A stretch of 59,788 nucleotides of DNA, counting the filler, from Sphacelaria rigidula (taxonomy: Eukaryota), in NCBI GenBank assembly GCA_964200075.2. It is 5 parts of 5 records of this genome, joined end to end, with 100 filler letters (N's around TTAATTAATTAA, not from the genome) between each part and the next. Parts side by side here need not be neighbours in the genome. Positions count along the whole stretch, not along the records: positions 23,961 to 35,837 come from CAXNAA020004387.1; positions 35,938 to 47,813 come from CAXNAA020004388.1; 3 more parts are not named here. One strand, 5' to 3'. The notes under the pieces were generated by a model. That model searched no databases. It was not told the origin of the DNA and saw only the letters and a list, made by a program, of their open reading frames with translations. Shown one piece after another: positions 25,313 through 37,559 of this stretch. Position 1 is the first letter of the stretch. Every line of letters begins with the position of its first letter. Made by a program: the position numbers and the translations under genes.

Positions 25313-25449
25313 CTACCACAGGTCGTGAGGACGAGACATGAGAAAAAAGTGCGGGTCGGGCGGGAAAAGTCATTGTCGCCATGTTTAGTCGGAGCAGTTG
25401 ATTGATTAATGGGACTGGCTGGTGGATCATTCATCACAGAACTCTACAA

Positions 25450-25584
25450 ACCTTGGACACTACATGGTCAATAGTTGCGATGGGCAACAAAATGTACTGC
25501 GTAAAGTATAGTCGAAATAGGCCTATACTTTACACAGTATATTTTGTTGCCCATCGCAACTATTGACCATGTAGTGTCCACGGT
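25450..25584. repeat. Near-perfect 135-bp palindrome (hairpin MITE)
   Basis: About 62-bp arms with 3 mismatches around an 11-nt loop. Confidence 0.85.
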
Positions 25585-25979
25585 ATGGAAATTTCATTGC
25601 GACTACACTTCATTATTATGATTATTATTATGATTATTATTATTATCTTCGTCACATGAGCTCAATCTCTTGAACCCGTGTTCACAGAGTGCAAGGAGAT
25701 ACCACGTACCACCCATACCCATGAATCAAAAAGCCCGCAAAGGAAGGCAAGAAACAAAACATCTACACGAAAAAACTTTACGCAGTACACTTTTTGCCCC
25801 TTTCCACTATTGACCGTATATTGTCCAAGGTGCGGAAAATTTCACCTCGGACAATCTACGGTCAACAGACGCAATAAATGAGAAGTGTACCGGTAAAGTA
25901 TGGACCAATTGCAATTACTGTCGGCCGACACCAGTTGCAAATACAGTGAGTGGCCCCTTCTCAGGCACTTCTCTTTTAA

Positions 25980-26078
25980 CCCTTAGACCGCGAGGTTAGT
26001 CTTCTGTTGAATCAGCATCGATTTCAAGTGAAAAAAAAGTATGCATGATCCAGAAAGACTCATCTCGCGGTTTAAGGG
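25980..26078. mobile_element. piggyBac-like MITE with perfect TTAA duplication
   Basis: TTAA|CCCTTAGACCGCGAG ... CTCGCGGTTTAAGGG|TTAA. Confidence 0.8.
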
Positions 26079-26219
26079 TTAAGGCACAGGTCCGTTTCGG
26101 GGCACACTTTTTAGGCCGCCCAAACTGGTGTCCACATAAGGCACAGTGAGAGTGTCTTTAACGGGGCCACATCCCAAAAATTGTACAAATGTCATGTTTT
26201 AACAGTCGAAGGAGGTCGT

Positions 26220-26560
26220 TAGTCATGATCCAGAGCGTGCTGTTCCGTGCGAACCCGCGGGGGTGGTGCACTATCCCTCGTCTCGCTGTCCTTGCGGGAT
26301 TTCACGATCCCTTCTTCGTCGTCGCTGTATTCGTCCCGAACACCATGTTGCGCGCGGTCCATGAGGTCATCATGTGCGTTTCTCATCAGTGCTTCCCTGA
26401 CTTCAGCGTCGTCCTCGACCGTTGCCCACGTCTGAGCCGCGGCGATCGTGGTGGGGCCAGATTTCTAACCTGATGAGATGTTGAGCGACGCCAACACCGC
26501 GACCACCTCCTCATCCGGCACCGGCTACCCCGACCCCGCCACTTCTCTGACCCCCGAGAG
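26220..26560 (-). pseudogene. Possible decayed pogo-like transposase C-terminal fragment
   Basis: Minus-strand translation ...EEVVAVLASLNISSG*...QTWATVEDDAEVREALMRNAHDDL...YSDDEE..PPP with a stop; TA-CAGT terminus-like sequence near 25942; family assignment is recollection only. Confidence 0.3.
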
Positions 26561-26691
26561 CTCAAAACAGGGTTTCATTTTGTTGAAGGTTTGATTGCTT
26601 GTGCAGGTCTTGTGGGTCATAAGGGGTGTTCGCAAAGTGCCAGTAACTCACGTGCCTCCGACCCCGACGAATGTCCTCATGCACTGTACAT

Positions 26692-27060
26692 CTGATTGAT
26701 TTTGATTTGATCGATGGATTGTCAAATATTCACTGATCTACGAGGGAATCTGGGGGGTGGTAAACAAAACGGGAATATTTGCAGAAGGAAACTCGAAGGG
26801 GGGAAAAAAGGTCAGGAGAGGAGATGTAAAAAAAGGATAACTCCGGAACAGTAGAAGAAACAAGAAAAAAAACAGAAAAAACTGAGCAGAGAAAAAAGGA
26901 GAAGATCAAGAAAAATTTGATCCCGATCGGAAAAGAATAAGTGACGACAAAACAATAAGAACTAATGTCCAGGCCCCTTCCTGTCTGCAGCATGGCTTCA
27001 GGCGACAAGGTACTGCAAAAATGAATAGAAAAGAAAGAGCCAAAGTAAATCGGACCAACG
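26692..27060 (-). mobile_element. RTE-like LINE 3' end fragment
   Basis: Minus strand: T-rich UTR ending ...GATCAGTGAATATTTGACAATC...AATCAATCA, similar to LINE 3' ends at about 37410 and 39750. Confidence 0.45.
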
Positions 27061-27405
27061 TTATACCCTCCTCGTCAGCGAAGTGCAATTTGATTCGCCT
27101 ACGAACAACACCCACGCCTTCGAGGGGCACAGAAACCTCCGGAATAAAGTACAACTCTGTTTTAATTGCTATAAAAAGACGGCAAGCACCACGCTGATCC
27201 ACTTTCAGCTAAACAGCCAGCCAATCACAAAACATACTTACCGTTGACCCAGCTGGATACTAACAGAAGGAACCAAACCAAATATTTATTCGACCGCAGG
27301 AGAAAAAAAAAAAAACGCGCTTTCTCAGCTGCCCAACCAATCGAGAGCGACAAACTGCACAAGGATGAAAATTGCTCTCCCCCCTCGCTCCAAAAACAAA
27401 CTCAC

Positions 27406-27525
27406 GTTTTGCTGAAGGAATCGAAGATTGCTTGGCCTTCGTTGCTTGCACCGCGGTTGATCTGCGCCCAGGCCCTCGTGACTTCAGCCGTCATCCTCTG
27501 CTCCTTCCTTTCTAGTTCGCGATCG
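27406..27525 (-). CDS. LSM12: LSM12 homolog exon 2
   Basis: (S)DRELERKEQRMTAEVTRAWAQINRGASNEGQAIFDSFSK(T); acceptor TCCAG|, donor AC|GTGAGT; phase 2 at both ends. Confidence 0.88.
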
Positions 27526-30500
27526 CTGGACGTGCAAATAAGGCAAGGGAAGGTACGCGCCCCCCCCCGCACCCGGCAAGACAAAAAAAGAGAAATTATC
27601 GTGATGAACAAGAGAAAAAAAAGAGAAGAGACTAGCGCAAGCATACCACATAATCGGAGTCATGGACAACCCTGAGTTTTTTCAACTCGAGTTGCTATGA
27701 GTCAATTATGTCAGCACCAACGACGTGATTACTACAAGTGAGCAGCAGCAGCAGCAGCAGCAGCAGCAAAGGAAGCTCATCGGAAACCAGTCGGCGTGTC
27801 GAACAGCACATTAAAAAAAACTGCTACTGTCTGTTCTCCAGGTTGGTGCGCAAAGAGGGGGGGGATTATTAATCGCCGCCAAGGCTCATCATCTTTGTTC
27901 AATTCGATTGTTCAAAATGCTGCGGTCGACACACGGAGCGCGGTTTCGCATGAACAAAGCACAGGTGAAACTGTATGGGAAGGGTACAATAATGGCGACC
28001 CCATGTACTATGCGAGGCGTCACGCCCGAGCGGAAAGGAGGAAGTTCGCCATGTTTTGCATGAATTTCGCTCCGACACGGTCCTCCAATGATGGAAGATA
28101 CAAAAACGAAAACGCAGTGTGTGAGTAGCAACGAATGAAAACACAAAGAAAACAAAAAATCGAAAACAAGAAAAAAGAAACCGATTTCGTTGCGTTGCCC
28201 ATACACGCGCGCGGCGGGGGAAAAAAGAAAAGACAAAATTTGCTGCACCAACCATTTGTAATCTATCTCAATATATATATATATTTATGAAAAATTCTTC
28301 ATTTCCGCGAACATAGATGCTTGCGCAGGACTTGCGAGTTTTCCCCCGTCATCCCACAATCCCGACACATAATACAGTTCTTCTGTTCCGTGGCAGCTGT
28401 CATTTTCCAGCAATAAGTTGTACACTGGGTGAACGTGGATTACCCCGTACAAAACTCCGGGTGGGAAGTGATCCTAAGGGGCATGGTTCACAACGTACCC
28501 CCACCGTCGAACACTGCTGGTGTTGTAGGGCCGAAAAAAAATGCGAGGAGACAATCATGGAGGCCCTGGCGGTGAACGCTCGGGCTCTCGTCACCCTGTG
28601 ATTCGGTCGGACGCAAAGTCTGCCTTTGGAGAGGGCAGGGGGGGCACCTCCTCGAGCTCGCCGCTGCCGCTGCTGCTTGAGTTTGCTCTTCTACTGGTGT
28701 GCTGTGTCGTTACTTTCGGAACCCTTGGACTTGCGCTGAAGCCGTCCACTTGGGGCTCCTGGGGGAGGGCCAGGGGAGGGGGTGGTGGTGGGGGGGGGTC
28801 CCGTCTCAATCTGGACCAAGCCCCTGCGAGTTCGCTTCTCCACTGCCATTGATCGCCCCGGTGATTGATGGATTGCCGCGCAATGGTTGGTTGATCGTTA
28901 ATCCGTTACAAAGCTAGCCCTATTCACAAGATGAACGTACCCGAGTTGAAAATTACGGAAAGCGCTTGCTCAAGTGAAGGGGTAACCAATGTGAAGCGAC
29001 GAAGACCCCACGCTACGAACCAGGGGTAGACCCCTGTAGGACGACTAACTGCTGTGCTACCGATGTAGTGTTTTGTCGTGCTAGATGAGGCCTTCTCATC
29101 ATTACTCTGACTGTCTCGCACCCTGACTCATTGTCCCTCGGTCACGACGGACCCGCCGTGTAGTTAGTGCATGCAAACTTTGTGGCGGCGCGCGCGTGCC
29201 ACCGTCCGAATTCGTCTCTCGGCGGAACAGTCGTTTGTTCGGTCGGATATACTTTATCAGCCCACGCTACTCGTACACACCAAGCGGGGTTTCCACATCA
29301 TCGAACAACTAAAATCAAACATCATCATCACCATCATCGAGAATCAGCCACTGTACAAGACCTGAGACCACACGTTACCCCACCTGTGAGAAACAACTAC
29401 ACATAAGCCTGACCCACATACGCGTGGGAAAAAGCAGCAGCAGCAGCAGCAGCAACGTCAGCGGAAAATTGGAAGATGAGATGCGGCTCAGCCCAAATGA
29501 AGCACACGGCTACGCTCCGGGAGAAGAACCATAGGGCGACGAGCACCCACCTTTCCATCTCGAGGACAATCACTGATCTTTGGCGCACAGTGTAGATGCC
29601 ACCACAAGTGTAGATGCCACCCTAGGTGAGCAGGCTTCGAGTGATCCCCCTGAAAACTAGCTCACTTCGTGGTGGGAATTGCATCACGCTGAAAATTGGT
29701 GGTGAGTTTGTTGACAGATGCGAGTGGCCACCGTCCGATAGCTGACCCTGGAGCAACACTTGGGCCACAACGAGGGTCCTGCCACACCGCATCCTGACTT
29801 TCGCTGCCTGCGTTGTTCTATACCGCACTCCTGACTCTCCGACTGGTACGGAGGGCTCCGTCCGTCGTCGCGTGAAAACGTGGAGTACAGTGATATCTCG
29901 ACGAGAGCTCACAAGGGCACAGTACCAAGCGATGCCAACGACAGACCGAACACACCACAGCCGTACGTAAACAGACCAAGCTTCTCCAGCTCGGAGGTGA
30001 TTCTACTGCTCTTGTGTATGAGATGAAACGAACGTTCGCCGCTCCTCTCACGAAGAAGAACGAGGAGGAACCGCGAGGTAAACGGGGCCCGCAGAACGGG
30101 GTAGGGCCCAGCCCTGGCGAAACGCGCAGCCCTTACCCCAGGGCGAGCCGCTGAACGGCAGAAGCCCATCACCGCCAACACTACCCACGACGGCTCACAG
30201 CGTGCGTCGATGCGGCTGCGAGGCGGGAAACATATTGCTGCAACTTCAACATCTGCTGGTCTCGAAGCCACTCAGGGGCGCCGGTGCTGCTACTTGGTGG
30301 TGGTCCTGGTGGTAATGGGGGGCTCCAGGCGTCCTCCAGGAGGACCTCACGATGGAATCGGGGCTTCCTTGGTCAGGCTTCTGGACAACACACCTCGTCC
30401 TCCTACTTTCGCTGTTCCTCCATGTTGGAAGATTGGTAGTGCTGTGTCGCTCCGTGTTTCATGGAGTCCTCGCGCATCATGCTTGATGCTCGGGGTGAGC

Positions 30501-32185
30501 CGAAGCGGGAACATAACGTACAGCCCAACCCTGACGAACGGCACAACTTCACTTCTTTACGAGTCGCTGGCCGACGGGAATACATCTCCACCACCAAGAT
30601 TACCGTCGGGTTTTCCTGCGGGAAACCACGTCATGAGACCAGCAGGTTCCGGCCTTATGTCGAAGCACTGCGGAGCCCGGGGTAGCCGTTGAACCACGTC
30701 GGGAATCGGTGGTGTCTTGTAGTGGTGACAGCAGTTCACGGCGGACAGTAGCTCGTGACGAGCGAATTTGTATTTTTCTGTCAGGGTTGTGTTACACACC
30801 GAATTCGAGTCGTGTTGTCTCTGCTGCTGCTGCTGCTGCTGCTGCTCCTCCTTCTCCTAGACGATATGAGGTTGGTCGCCTTGAGGTGTTTCGTGCTACC
30901 TCGAATCCTGCGTCGCTTACGCCGAGGACGTCTGCTCAGGGTTGCTGCGAGGGGCCCTTCAGGCCTACTCTATAATTCGACCAGACGTAGACAGACATCA
31001 CTGGATTGCAGTTCTGAGATGCACAATACTTGCTGTACAAGTCGACAGCTTTGCCGCCACAAAATAACCTCGTCCTTCCTTCGCATTTGCATCAATAGCT
31101 GGCACGGCCATTCTACATTTCGCTTTCTCGCGTGGTCACCATGGATCAAGGCGTAAATTCTACCGATCGTGGGGACTTGCACCGCACACGGAACAACCGC
31201 TGGAGGCACCAGCCGGGGTAATATCGCATATAGCAACATGACTCCACGAGGGGTAACTTTCTACGAAGATTCCCCTACATGGCACAAAGGCACGAGAACA
31301 GCAGCAGGGGCAGCAGGAGCCGGAGAGAAGCGGGGCGGCTGAGCCCACACGGAGAGGAAAAAAACTCTTGGTTCACTTCAGCGCCAGCCACACGGAGGTG
31401 GGGACCCATCTTCACTTCCATAACACCTTGCACCAATATTGACCGCACGTCTCCAAACTATGCTAGGCCGTCAGACTTGGCGCGATATCGGAATCTGTGG
31501 GCCTCGTGTTGGTAATTTATCGCGGTCGCAAGTTGGAATTCATGTCATCCCTGCGGTTAATCCTGGAGTGGGAACGGGCCGTACCCCGTTCTCCGCCTCA
31601 GGGTGCCTCTGTGCTACTGCCCTGCTTCTCGTTCCTCTGCTGGAGCGTGCGCCACCCGGTCCGATCTGCGCTCAATATATATACTACTTGTTCCATGGTT
31701 CGTCACAACTTGTAAAAGAAAAAACACTAGTCCTCCATGCAGGAAGACCCAGCATCAATTCTGTATGAAGAGGCTTTTAATTGCAAGCCTTCAGCGAGAG
31801 AGAGCGAAACAGGGGTGCCCAAAACCGAAATAGAGGATGGAACCCAGCCCTGGTGAAAGCCCCGCCCCATCTAGCTGTGAGGCCACTGGAACGTTCATGC
31901 TGTAGTAGTCCAGTCTGCGCAATGCTATATCGCTAGTTGGCTCAACTGCCTCTAGACTTCGCGCCGTCACCGTGGACTCGGCGTACTCACGATTTTTGTC
32001 GCCCGTATCGTCGCAAGAAAATTTTTGCGATCCGCACCTCCTCCGGTAATGATGAGGGCTGTTGTTGCTGTCGTTGTCTTTCCACCAAAAAAATATTTCG
32101 ATATTTGCGCAGTACTCCGTATTGGGCATCTGATGCGGGCGTCTTCCGTGGTCATACAACTAACTGCTCAACATACGGTATACGG

Positions 32186-32760
32186 CCGCTTCTCATGGCA
32201 AACGAAAATATAAGTATGCAAAACTGATTTTTGGGTACTTCCGCGTCGTCTCACGCCCCCAAGAGAGACCAGGCGGATTCTGACACCCTGGAATGCCTCG
32301 CTGTACTCGTTGAAACGGTTGCAGCATACCTGAGCGTTTTTCCGTTGCCCGTAATTTTTTTCTTGCCCAAGCTTGCATTTTTCTCGGAGACCGCTCATTT
32401 TTCTCGGAGACCGGTCAAATTCAGACAAATTAAATGGACCGATCTCCGAGAAAAATACCCCTTCGGGGAAGAAAAAATTGCGACCAACGGAAAAACGAAC
32501 GGTGTGGAAATTTGTCTGGACTCGACCTATCTTCGGGTAAAATGAGCGGTCTCCGAGTCAAACGAGAGGTCTCCGAGAAAAAAATTGCTGCCGACGAAAA
32601 ACCGCACAGGTGTACTGCAACCGGTTCAACGAGAAAAGCAAGGCATTCCGACCGAGGCGTCAAAATTCACCCCGTTCTCTTTCATGGAGTAAAACGACGC
32701 AAAAGTTCTAAAAAAGGTGGTTTTCCAGGTTTTAATTCTCGTTTGCCATAGGAAGCGGGC
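32186..32760. mobile_element. Fold-back element, about 570 bp, with internal TCTCGGAGACC repeats
   Basis: CCGCTTCTCATGGCAAACGAAAAT versus ATTCTCGTTTGCCATAGGAAGCGG; inner pair GGAATGCCTCGCT..CTCGTTGAAACGGTTGCAG versus CTGCAACCGGTTCAACGAG..AGCAAGGCATTCC. Confidence 0.7.
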
Positions 32761-33527
32761 TGAGAAGAATAAAAAAATATAGTCGAATTCAGAAAAAATC
32801 ACACAAAATCGATACGAAATAATGTAAGTACTGCTAATAAGGGCGCGGTGACCATGCCGACTACTGGGGGCAGAGCCTAAGGTTTCGATGTTTCCACTCG
32901 GCACGCGAAGCCAAACGGAAATAAGGTTACCTTCGAAGAATCAACCATTCTGGACCGACACATCAACCAGTTTAGGAACGTCGTGTGCCTGCAGAGATCA
33001 TGACGCACTACCACACCTTTCCGCCGTATACATTACAAGGAGCCGGCTTCCAGAAAACAGAGGGTTTCTGGTTCCCGAACGGGTCGCACATAATCGACGT
33101 CAAAGTGCTCACCAGAAGCTGTTGTTCACAGCATACTTATACCACCAAGGTAAAAGAGTATTGTCAGAACCACAACTGACCAGATCACGACAACAGTATA
33201 GTCAGGGGCAACACAGGACCATCAGTAAACGACAGTACAGAGCGAAAGCTGTTGTACTATAGATATACAGCAGCTCAATACAGACAACAGTACGTCTCAA
33301 CAATACCACAATTCCGTGATTCTCAAGTACACCCAGCATGTTTCCTTGAATTATAATGTCCACCGACCCGGGTTACAACAACGGGCAACTCGGCCGCCAT
33401 CATAGTGAGCCTATTACAAGACGTACCAACGGTGCAAGTTGTCTAGTTGTACGGTGCAACAACCTGACACGGCCATCTGTACGGAACAAATCAAAATCTT
33501 CGAAAATCACCCCCTTCCCCAACATAC

Positions 33528-33766
33528 CTGATTTTAGGCAAAGCCACAGTGTCATCCACGGCGGCTGCTCCGGGCACAACCTCTATCTCTACATGGCTCC
33601 GATTAAAGACTGCGATGGTGCTGTGTGTTGTGGTGTTGTGAATGTCTTGCTTTATCGTTACCGTGTTGGTCATGGGGTCGTGTGTGTACACCACGCCTTC
33701 TTGCACGGCGCCCACCTTCGGCCGAACTTTCACCCGCTGACCGACGACGAGCGGCGGTGAAGACAT
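33528..33766 (-). CDS. LSM12: LSM12 homolog exon 1 (Lsm domain)
   Basis: MSSPPLVVGQRVKVRPKVGAVQEGVVYTHDPMTNTVTIKQ...IAVFNRSHVEIEVV, Sm-fold pattern; donor AG|GTATGT. Confidence 0.88.
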
Positions 33767-34101
33767 CGCTGTGACTACAAAAAAGTATGCCTGACACCAA
33801 TTCCACCCCCGCGGAAGGCACGGGGCTAGAGCCCTCCACGCCTCCGGCGGCACCTAGGCCCGAAGCTGCCAAAGGATTTCAAGCTTTGCCGGGGATGGAG
33901 CCGAAGGGTGTGGGTACCTGAATCCATCGTGCCGCCAAAGAGACAAGCCCACATTCGTCTTCCACCACTCATACCCGCGGTCGACAGTTGGTACCTCTCG
34001 ACCGGGATCCGCCAGCGGCGGGAGAGAGCGGTAGCAACGTGGCTCTGTGCTTGTCAGTTCATGGGTTCTTGTGCGCGACGTCTCACTTACTTCTGTAGGC
34101 G
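33767..34101. promoter_or_regulatory. Putative bidirectional promoter/5' UTR region between LSM12 and COQ2
   Basis: Divergent start codons only 335 bp apart. Confidence 0.5.
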
Positions 34102-34889
34102 ATGGCAATGATAAATATCACGCTGCGACATGTTGGACGCGGCAGCGGGCACCCACATTACGCAACCCGTTCCTTGTCAGCGTTGGTGTGCGGGCGAGGG
34201 GCACACGGCGGCCGCAAACCTCAATCGACGAAAATTGCCAGCAATCCGCAGCATCACCGGGGCTTCGAGAAGCACCCAACAAGGGCACAGCATCGATCGC
34301 GCCGTTCAGTTGCCTACTCGACGCCAGTATGTACCCCAAGAGGCAATCTTTCACCCGCACCACCACTAGCACAGTGCTCAAGGCGAACAGCCTCTACTTC
34401 TGACATTTCCACTTCCACTTCCACTGCTACTGCTACTGCTTCTAGTGCTATCGCTACTGGTGTAAGGATGCAGCACTTGTACGCAGCGACGGGGGTGATG
34501 GCAACACCCGTCGTGCCCAGCCGTAAATCAATGAAGAACGACAGCCGCCGCACGCTCCACAACAAGGATGGACCGCAACAAAAATCCACGCCATGTACTG
34601 CAGCAGCACCATCTGCTGCATCAGCGTTGTCGTGCGAAGAAACAGACGCTACTGGCACCGGCGACAAGGCTCGGGGCAGCAGCGTCGCTGGAGACCGCGA
34701 AAGCCTTGTGCTGGGGCTGTTGGGTCCGCGTTGGAGTCCGTACGGCCGCCTGGCCAGGATCGACAAGCCTGCGGGAGCGCTTCTGCTGCTGTATCCGTGC
34801 TGGTGGGGCTCAGCGTTGGCGACGCCGATGGGCAGCTTTCCGAACCCCTCACTCTTGGCCATTTTTGCAACCTCGGCATTCGTGATGAG
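34102..34889 (+). CDS. COQ2: 4-hydroxybenzoate polyprenyltransferase (COQ2/UbiA family), exon 1; rest beyond contig end
   Basis: PYGRLARIDKPAGALLLLYPCWWGSALA...LLAIFATSAFVMR matches the COQ2 N-terminal signature; donor AG|GTTAGT; long R/S/T-rich N-terminus; exact start uncertain. Confidence 0.82.
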
Positions 34890-35241
34890 GTTAGTACTAC
34901 TGTTGTATCGCACGAGTACCGCATCATGTGGAAACTAAACAAGTAATTCGGTACAGTACACCTACGACTGCCATCGCAGTCGAACGAACTGGACATCCGG
35001 TCGTCGACGAGGAAGTGAAATTGGCGACGGCTGCGATAGCTCTTACTGCTGCCAACTATTTCGTCAACTAAAAGAGATCTATTGTGCTTGGCTGTGGGGA
35101 TGTCGTGGCGTTGAGAAAGTTGGTGTGATACCACTCTCCCTATTGTGCCGTTGAGAGAAACGGCGGAAAACGCTTCCAACGAAACAAGCCTCTTGGGAGT
35201 TAAAGCGCACCCAACACGTAAATTGTAGGTTGTCTCCACAG

Positions 35242-35598
35242 GCACCGTGGGTAAGGTAGGAACCCGGTACCGATATTTGGGACATCTCATACCCTACCGA
35301 TACCGATCCGATCACGTATTTTCAAATATTATACCTACGATACCCACGATACCACGGTATTTCGAGATGTCAATACCTACCGTACCCGCTCGATCGGGTA
35401 TTTTCAAATGTCATACGAGTACCTAGGATACCTAGGATACCACGGTATTTCGAGATTTCAATACCTACCGTACCCCCTCAATCGGGTATTTTCAAAACTC
35501 ATACCTTCGATACCCACGCGCACCACGGTATGGGATACCCTAGTAAATACCGGAGGTATACCCGGTAAATACCTGACGCGATGCACTCCCCACGGTGC
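35242..35598. mobile_element. Short-TIR element filled with about 80-bp tandem ATACC-rich units
   Basis: GCACCGTGGG ... CCCACGGTGC; repeated GATACCACGGTATTTCGAGAT..CAATACCTACCGTACCC..ATCGGGTATTTTCAAA. Confidence 0.65.
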
Positions 35599-35769
35599 AG
35601 CAGCTGGTCCCGACTTGAACGAAGGGCAGAAGTTGTCGGAGCAGGTACGTCTTGTTTTCACGAGTAATATATACCCAGCTTGCCCCTGATTTTCGTGTTT
35701 GGATCAGTTCGAATGAATTTATTGTTATGTAGTCTGAAGCGCGATCGAATTATTTTTCTCGATCTGATA

Positions 35770-35837
35770 GTGTGTTGTTGTTGTGTGTTGTCGTCCCATT
35801 TATTCTGGGCGCCAGTCTACACCTTTCGGTATATGTG
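35770..35837 (-). mobile_element. SINE 3' end truncated by contig end
   Basis: GTTGTCGTCCCATTTATTCTGGGCGCCAGTCTACACCTTTCGGTATATGTG. Confidence 0.75.
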
Positions 35838-35937
35838 NNNNNNNNNNNNNNNNNNNNNNNNNNNNNNNNNNNNNNNNNNNNTTAATTAATTAANNNNNNN
35901 NNNNNNNNNNNNNNNNNNNNNNNNNNNNNNNNNNNNN
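35838..35937. other. Artificial contig-joining linker
   Basis: Same N44-TTAATTAATTAA-N44 structure. Confidence 0.97.
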
Positions 35938-36059
35938 CACGGCTTTTACACTGCCTCATGGGTGCATACCAGCAGGGAGGGGGAGGGGGGGGGGGGTGAT
36001 ATGTACCCCAGGCGGGACGAATTTCTAATCCCACCCATTTTGTCACACCTTTTCCTCCA

Positions 36060-37437
36060 ACAGTACGATTCCCAACTTCACGATCGGCTCACGCCCAGCA
36101 ATCTCTTGAAGTCTGAGTACTTCGAGCGTAGATTGTGGAAACTACACTGTTCGGATGTGCTGCATGGGTGCTGCGCCGAAAGGGCATGGCAAGCCTGCGC
36201 AGCGCTCACCACAAGCTTTCGCTGCGAGCAGTTGATTTCCGCAGGAAAGATTGCACTGGACACTCGCCTCTTTGACACAGAGCTGTGATCGAGATGGCCA
36301 ACTGCCATTATATCGAGCCGACCATCCGCGAAGCTTCAGCTTTGGTTCGCGGGTGCCCCTGTCCGGCGAAACGTCTTCAAGGCAAGGAATGTCCGGACGG
36401 TTTACCCCACGAAGGCCCAAGAAGGCCCGTGGCTTTCCATACACTTGGGTGGCCGTCGCTCGGAGGCCCTGCTTCCGCTGGGGGCTTCCGCGTCAGGCAA
36501 AAAGAAGTGGCTCCTCGACGGTATTGGAATCAAAGACTCACACAAGACTGTTCTTTTGCTCAAGAATGTGGGCAAATAGCACCTGAGGGTCGAGAGAGAC
36601 TGAGGAGTTCGAGGGGGCGTGGCGACGCGAAGACATTCTCCAACCGGATGTTGCGTTGAGCATCGCCAGTAGTAGACGCGCCACCGTAGGCACAACAACA
36701 AAAGCTCGCCAGGAATCCAGGATGGAAGTGGTCCAGGGAGTAAGTCGTTTTGCACCCGGCTAGGAATGAAATTGATATGCTCTTGTTTTCTCGGTTGTCG
36801 GTTTCTATCCTTGGCTGGTACCTGAGCGATATCTTTAGGTGTATCTCTCTGCGTGTTCTGCGTTTGTCCTCGGGTTCCATCGCTTCCGCATTTTTCCTGT
36901 TTTGCGCGCTCCCTCTCTCCCCCTCATTTTGGCTTGGTCAATGGTCAAACGACTACGGCAAGCAACAAATTAGTACGCCCCCCTTCTTTCAGTCTTGATT
37001 TTTGCTTTCACTTTCATACAGTGCCAGTACTCATGTCCCGCTCCGGTAGAGCTTGTGGTTGAGAGCTTATGCCCAAATAGTGTGGTTTCCAAATATCATA
37101 ACCACAGCCTGCTCGCGCGGCTTTAGGCTTTGGTCTGTTGTGTGCGTTTCATGCGCATCTTCTTAACCTGAGGTCATGCTACTGGCTGGCCATTTGTTCT
37201 GTGTTGCCCATGTTTCCATCGCAACCTGTATTTCTTCTCCGAAGCCTTCTTCTCCTTCTTTCCATCTTGTTGGGTTCATCCATGTTTTTTGTTTAGATTA
37301 CCACGTCCGTTGCAATTTTCTTCGTTTTCCCCCTTCCTGGAGGTTTCTTCAGCGTGTGTTTGATTTTTTTACATAGTGTGCGTTTGTCGTGTGACCGCGG
37401 CGGTATACCTCGAGGATCAGTCAATCTATGACAATCA
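36060..37437 (+). mobile_element. 5'-truncated, decayed RTE-type LINE (ORF C-terminus plus 3' UTR)
   Basis: 36060-36350 aligns by eye with 38340-38600 (TCCCAACTT, GATGTGCTGCATG, CACCACAAGCTTT, ACAGAGCTGTG.TCGAGATGGC); ends in GACAATCA like copy 2. Confidence 0.7.
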
Positions 37438-37559
37438 CTCACCGCCGGGCATGCGAGCACGTGTTCACGACCTGCAGGGAAAAAGTGAGGCAAAGCCTTC
37501 ACGGATAAGAACATGTATGTCCCTGTCTACCAGGGGAGATGGAGGCAGGTCGTCCACGA

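Noticed and set aside
27472..28601. Plus-strand exons continuing the MFS transporter, or a small plus-strand gene (27516-27552, 27965-28120, 28529-28575)
   Set aside because: On a different contig from the MFS gene; the first piece overlaps LSM12 exon 2 antisense, which has clear family similarity; the rest has no recognisable homology
30718..31000. Solo LTR (TG...CA, 283 bp, with GCT repeat)
   Set aside because: No target-site duplication, PBS or second copy visible; possible but unsupported
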